A stretch of DNA of 17,809 bases from Candidatus Iainarchaeum sp. GTDB lineage: Archaea > Iainarchaeota > Iainarchaeia > Iainarchaeales > UBA10191. Below are positions 16,501 to 17,809 of this stretch, one piece after another (within the stretch, counting starts at the first letter, position 1; every line of letters begins with the position of its first letter). Location: NCBI GenBank assembly GCA_030649735.1, contig JAUSFL010000045.1, forward strand, positions 1 through 17,809, read 5' to 3'. The notes beneath the pieces were generated by a model. That model was given only the letters and a program-made list of their open reading frames with translations. It made no database searches and was not told the origin of the DNA. Both the position numbers and the translations under genes were made by a program.

Positions 16501-17630
16501 AGGTAGTCTTCCTGGCCGACTTGAATTGTGAAAGTTCCATACTCAAACAATGCCACATTCTTGTCAGAATTATTGTCTGTAGTGAATTTTGCCGCAACAA
16601 TGCCGTTCTTTGATGTTATTTTCACGCTTGCGCTTGAAACCCGCAAGTTTGATGCCGCGTCAATCACGCTTATTTGGACAAAGCCTTTTGTCTGCCTTTT
16701 TGTCGTGGCGTTAAGGCTGATGTATTCTCCAACAAGCTTTTTTGAGTCAGTCCTTGCGCTTTCAAACCTTCCGCTAGAGTCAGTGACTGTCGCATAATAT
16801 TCTGTTTTTTCAACATTGCCAAATTCTGCAATTCCGTCAACAGCGTCCTTGCTTCCCCTTTCAGTGTTTTCAGAATCATGCAATACAATTGTGAATTTTT
16901 CCTTGATTACCAGTCCTTCAGCGTCAAGAACTTTCACAATGACTTTTCCTTTAGGCACTTCAATTTCTGAAAGATTGATTATTGACTCGCCAGTCCTTAA
17001 AGTATAGCCGTTCACGCTTTGAAAGTTTTTCGCGCTCACGTCAGCCTTCATGACTCCGCAGCCTGCGGGCACGTTGATTGAAACTTGGCCTTGGTCTGTG
17101 GTCATTGTCGAAGGGCTTGGAACAACTGTGGAATTCGAGCAGCTTAGCTTTATTGAGACTTCAGTCCCTGAAAGCGATTCGTTGTTCTCTTTTGCAATCA
17201 TCAGGTTTATTTTCGTCAATTCGGGGATTTTTGGCTTTGACAGGACAATTTCAATCATTTTGCTTTTCTTGTCCGCAATGAATTGCTTGGAAAAATTGTC
17301 AAAGCCGTTCCTTGAAACACTCACCTGTATTTTTTCATTGGGCTTTACGCTGAATGATTTTAAGGCGCCGCTTGCATTGGTTTCGCTTGTTAAAGACTGG
17401 CTTCCAATCATTAACTGAACTGGCTGTCCCGGAACCAAAAGATTGTTTTCCGTCTTCACTGTAATTTTGACTTCGTACATTTCAGGCGACAGTGCAGGCA
17501 TTACCACAAAGAAAGCAATCAGGACAAGAATGACTAAAATGAGCAGAAGGAAAACAAAATGCGGAATTCCCCTGTCGTCAAGCCAGTCTATAATCCCGTA
17601 ATAAATGTCTTGAAGTCCCATTAGAATCAA
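10509..17630 (-). CDS. Giant (about 2,370 aa) membrane-anchored surface protein with tandem carboxypeptidase-regulatory-like/Ig-like beta-sandwich domains and an internal hydrophobic segment
   Basis: Uninterrupted 7.1-kb ORF; the likely start is ATG 17621. It has an N-terminal TM helix (FVFLLLILVILVLIAFFVVM) and repeated V.V.D..G.P(V/I).NA.V modules. It is beta-rich and Cys-rich with many N-x-S/T sequons, and has a 75-aa uncharged stretch at aa 1467-1541. Confidence 0.92.
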   Translation of the reverse strand: MILMGLQDIYYGIIDWLDDRGIPHFVFLLLILVILVLIAFFVVMPALSPEMYEVKITVKTENNLLVPGQPVQLMIGSQSLTSETNASGALKSFSVKPNEKIQVSVSRNGFDNFSKQFIADKKSKMIEIVLSKPKIPELTKINLMIAKENNESLSGTEVSIKLSCSNSTVVPSPSTMTTDQGQVSINVPAGCGVMKADVSAKNFQSVNGYTLRTGESIINLSEIEVPKGKVIVKVLDAEGLVIKEKFTIVLHDSENTERGSKDAVDGIAEFGNVEKTEYYATVTDSSGRFESARTDSKKLVGEYISLNATTKRQTKGFVQISVIDAASNLRVSSASVKITSKNGIVAAKFTTDNNSDKNVALFEYGTFTIQVGQEDYLAFEQDFNFSSQQTNAFTARLEKCLDSASNCGKLEATVLDEDSLPVENAEVSIYNADTQLLAPQNPAVTDVNGVAKFSNLKRGKYFLRAFKYPAEKKDSSNPFSIEPKIPAKQTVRMEIGEGILKVIVKDEEGLPIANARVEFKTESGKECPKPDGTACALETSPETGSADFAFKADKKVYATVSAEGYSSLVSSYYQILKSQTITINAVLKKTIPGGNPQFDIVGIYGLDGATRKNELKAGERYVVRLKLDIPASLNPQTAGFFIMTGGKEKGSILENDPVYQRNIFSPEITALKGTTWNPDNGSDIDSSPDSLTNSDFKWVNATFTSPKSNTTYLIDAEIKVRNDITPGTALLFNYRAWVGKDNGEIIRTPEDQRLGTALESGSVQSLYALTKEQPFYEGKPALCDDESGFCFYNDRVYDESERLNITGPYNLKVFQAYTMSFEISNISQTVYGTENNARFQFVNSEDEGSTTSDVLQILEYTFTNANGIPVSNSGFNAFKIPEIQIQDMRENKSVKMLLRFQPKKTGSSSFVVKLIARDAVVFTKEISFSVKSENQLSLEIIPDFFGAFTTNDFNAIVKDNKGFVLENATVKATKIAPDRTETLIGSKKTSRLGIASFTIPSSSPGTIIRIEAEKEDFAGAVEEIKIDENILEFDPDSLLASLNLKNRTSKEVTTIANNKVPIELYLSNARITGRFGGFLDEDLMNNYLAQLIGNYYIDPNSTKSLTMKAAVSPSAILEDEKEVNGQLHLEFSNDSLGKTWAFNLPFKANISVGPSVDDTGCINISLKDWQSMTQENLTTKEFTILNNCQVEGSNIPVQYLKARLTWIGNPIGNVQVTVTDPNTGASASEILRDGEWITLFDTLRPSEEAEYYSMISFAPTQGHLNEEAKFKVEFDASTPTTSGMKSVGASNPINANILVTTLTECVQFEPGSDTGVRIAKGEDEKTFTIDTSKCGESTKVQFRFCQNDAKNVNCRGGTKEGGIEVSPWSTTAVINTSKEITVRRQSMPGYYGITVEAKVPGRSWQKLIDFPVIVEPKETKAFYMDKYNFIMLGQGAKDSTTLYNRLLEESVKVKANMCAWGEASTDPNYLGYGAIGAGVGLIAGSMMFISTAATAAAATTAAAGWATFAVGLVTVCWICIIAVVIIAIVIAILMAFGFGGTDCADTFQTNSLNDYIINLSGTMDKTYDRYLPPDAQEIITTNDKIKASWNFDIRDTTDGVQSVGVVLENEGIVKPDPIYEILTVKATEHIHGDATHKGKASVNCGADGDFGNYYIKCEETTTIRSESFHIMVKTQETRQQLPKIQFDTLDCSSTSLLGRTGDGSLPKVKLDWSWTDGSGINYDTCDAENPNGVYCDATQLSIALSKRIKLLDDFYRANNYFENICPETNIDQSTQQTASYDGNSMASRIIDANSVYIKSIIKQQTTYNSTNQSNDVVVKTTIKNGTLTAATVQLNSQVRLMNGSATSATCTYLPTTMQPNSEITLDCPLSLSPAGYAVVSNLTDAGSGVKVDTNNVFLAMFILERIAEYNDFINQTDCEMLRTTDFSGGKSIIMRFIDTAGGFNAGVNPTTAITDKVSLEKMFSFDALLMRDAYTMDFRKDFVDYYVRESLADAPQFFKDDAQGFKKYFLDANRLKFTNKYFDSDKLGSAGRYKVNIAAVYNDDWRLFDGNNSPKAAMAITFYLIKEPTPNSPFYSMPLNGNIGLEGSSYNRQGYGVKFVNQDEVIVIDNSLTSAKTSPDAGSNSLGTVNTRFEDNLQNLNNDITRKGNLLSIQTSSNTEKSMEFSPNLATPTMMKITAKEKSTEPFGAFYTLMQGNTPQVVGNSLALWSAGGNCYDFSGLPLIQAFDEKPDRKANALDNVANWETLYTVDWQKIELSGDNYLRTIFYTPKSSQYSLRTMQPTSGFSLYTPDSDGSVVALNGISTMEKNNINNSIATVEDVFELVKQGKVCVTNTGVRTRFWWNPKTIFEQAGSKRSISGLSKSLVAGQNCIG
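15860..17470 (-). repeat. About six tandem diverged beta-sandwich (CarboxypepD_reg-like) protein repeats
   Basis: Repeat starts: ITVKTENNLLVPGQPVQL, LMIAKENNESLSGTEVSI, VKVLDAEGLVIKEKFTIV, ISVIDAASNLRVSSASVKI, ATVLDEDSLPVENAEVSI, VIVKDEEGLPIANARVEF. A seventh copy (AIVKDNKGFVLENATVKA) lies near 14770. The repeats are visible only at protein level. Confidence 0.7.
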
Positions 17631-17686
17631 TTCTGTAGGTTAAAAAACAGATTAAATTAAGACTTTTTAGTATTAAAATGTTGTCT

Positions 17687-17809
17687 TTATTTAATGCATT
17701 CTGATTCTGCGCTTTTTTCATTGCCTTCAATTGATTGGATTATTGGGGTTGGATTCCACCAGAACTTCTGCTCAAGCCCTGTTCCAGAAACGCAAACAGT
17801 CCTGTTCCT
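17687..17809 (-). CDS. 3' end of an upstream gene sharing the giant protein's C-terminal motif (partial)
   Basis: Not in the ORF track. Hand translation gives RNRTVCVSGTGLEQKFWWNPTPIIQSIEGNEKSAESECIK*, with the stop at 17689-17687. This matches the giant protein's GKVCVTNTGVRTRFWWNPKTI...NCIG*. Confidence 0.85.
   Translation of the reverse strand, partial: RNRTVCVSGTGLEQKFWWNPTPIIQSIEGNEKSAESECIK

Noticed and set aside
10516-17418. Many plus-strand ORFs of 60-200 aa
   Set aside because: They are antisense shadows of the 7.1-kb gene, mostly in its mirror frame.
1-17809. CRISPR array, tRNA/rRNA, IS element or provirus
   Set aside because: Intergenic gaps are all under about 90 nt, and I saw no periodic repeats, transposase, integrase or capsid motifs. 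PolB looks cellular.

Overview
A gene-dense archaeal window, most likely from a DPANN lineage such as Diapherotrites or Micrarchaeota. The lineage is inferred from an archaeal PolB with a PIP box, BRE-TATA promoters and many orphan genes. From left to right it holds two secreted glycoside-hydrolase genes with near-identical promoters (one partial and missed by the ORF track, one GH105 with a dockerin-like tail) and a family B DNA polymerase whose steric-gate Tyr is replaced by His. Next come two coiled-coil proteins, a zinc-ribbon protein, a basic orphan and a catalytically degenerate HerA/VirB4-like ATPase. These are followed by five small membrane proteins, three of them divergent paralogs, and a 2,373-aa membrane-anchored surface protein with an internal Cys-flanked 75-residue uncharged segment. 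At the right edge is the 3' end of a second gene sharing the giant protein's C-terminal motif. The best candidate for an undescribed system is the giant proteins, small membrane proteins and pseudo-ATPase together, as a possible cell-contact or secretion apparatus. I saw no rRNA, tRNA, CRISPR array or mobile element.
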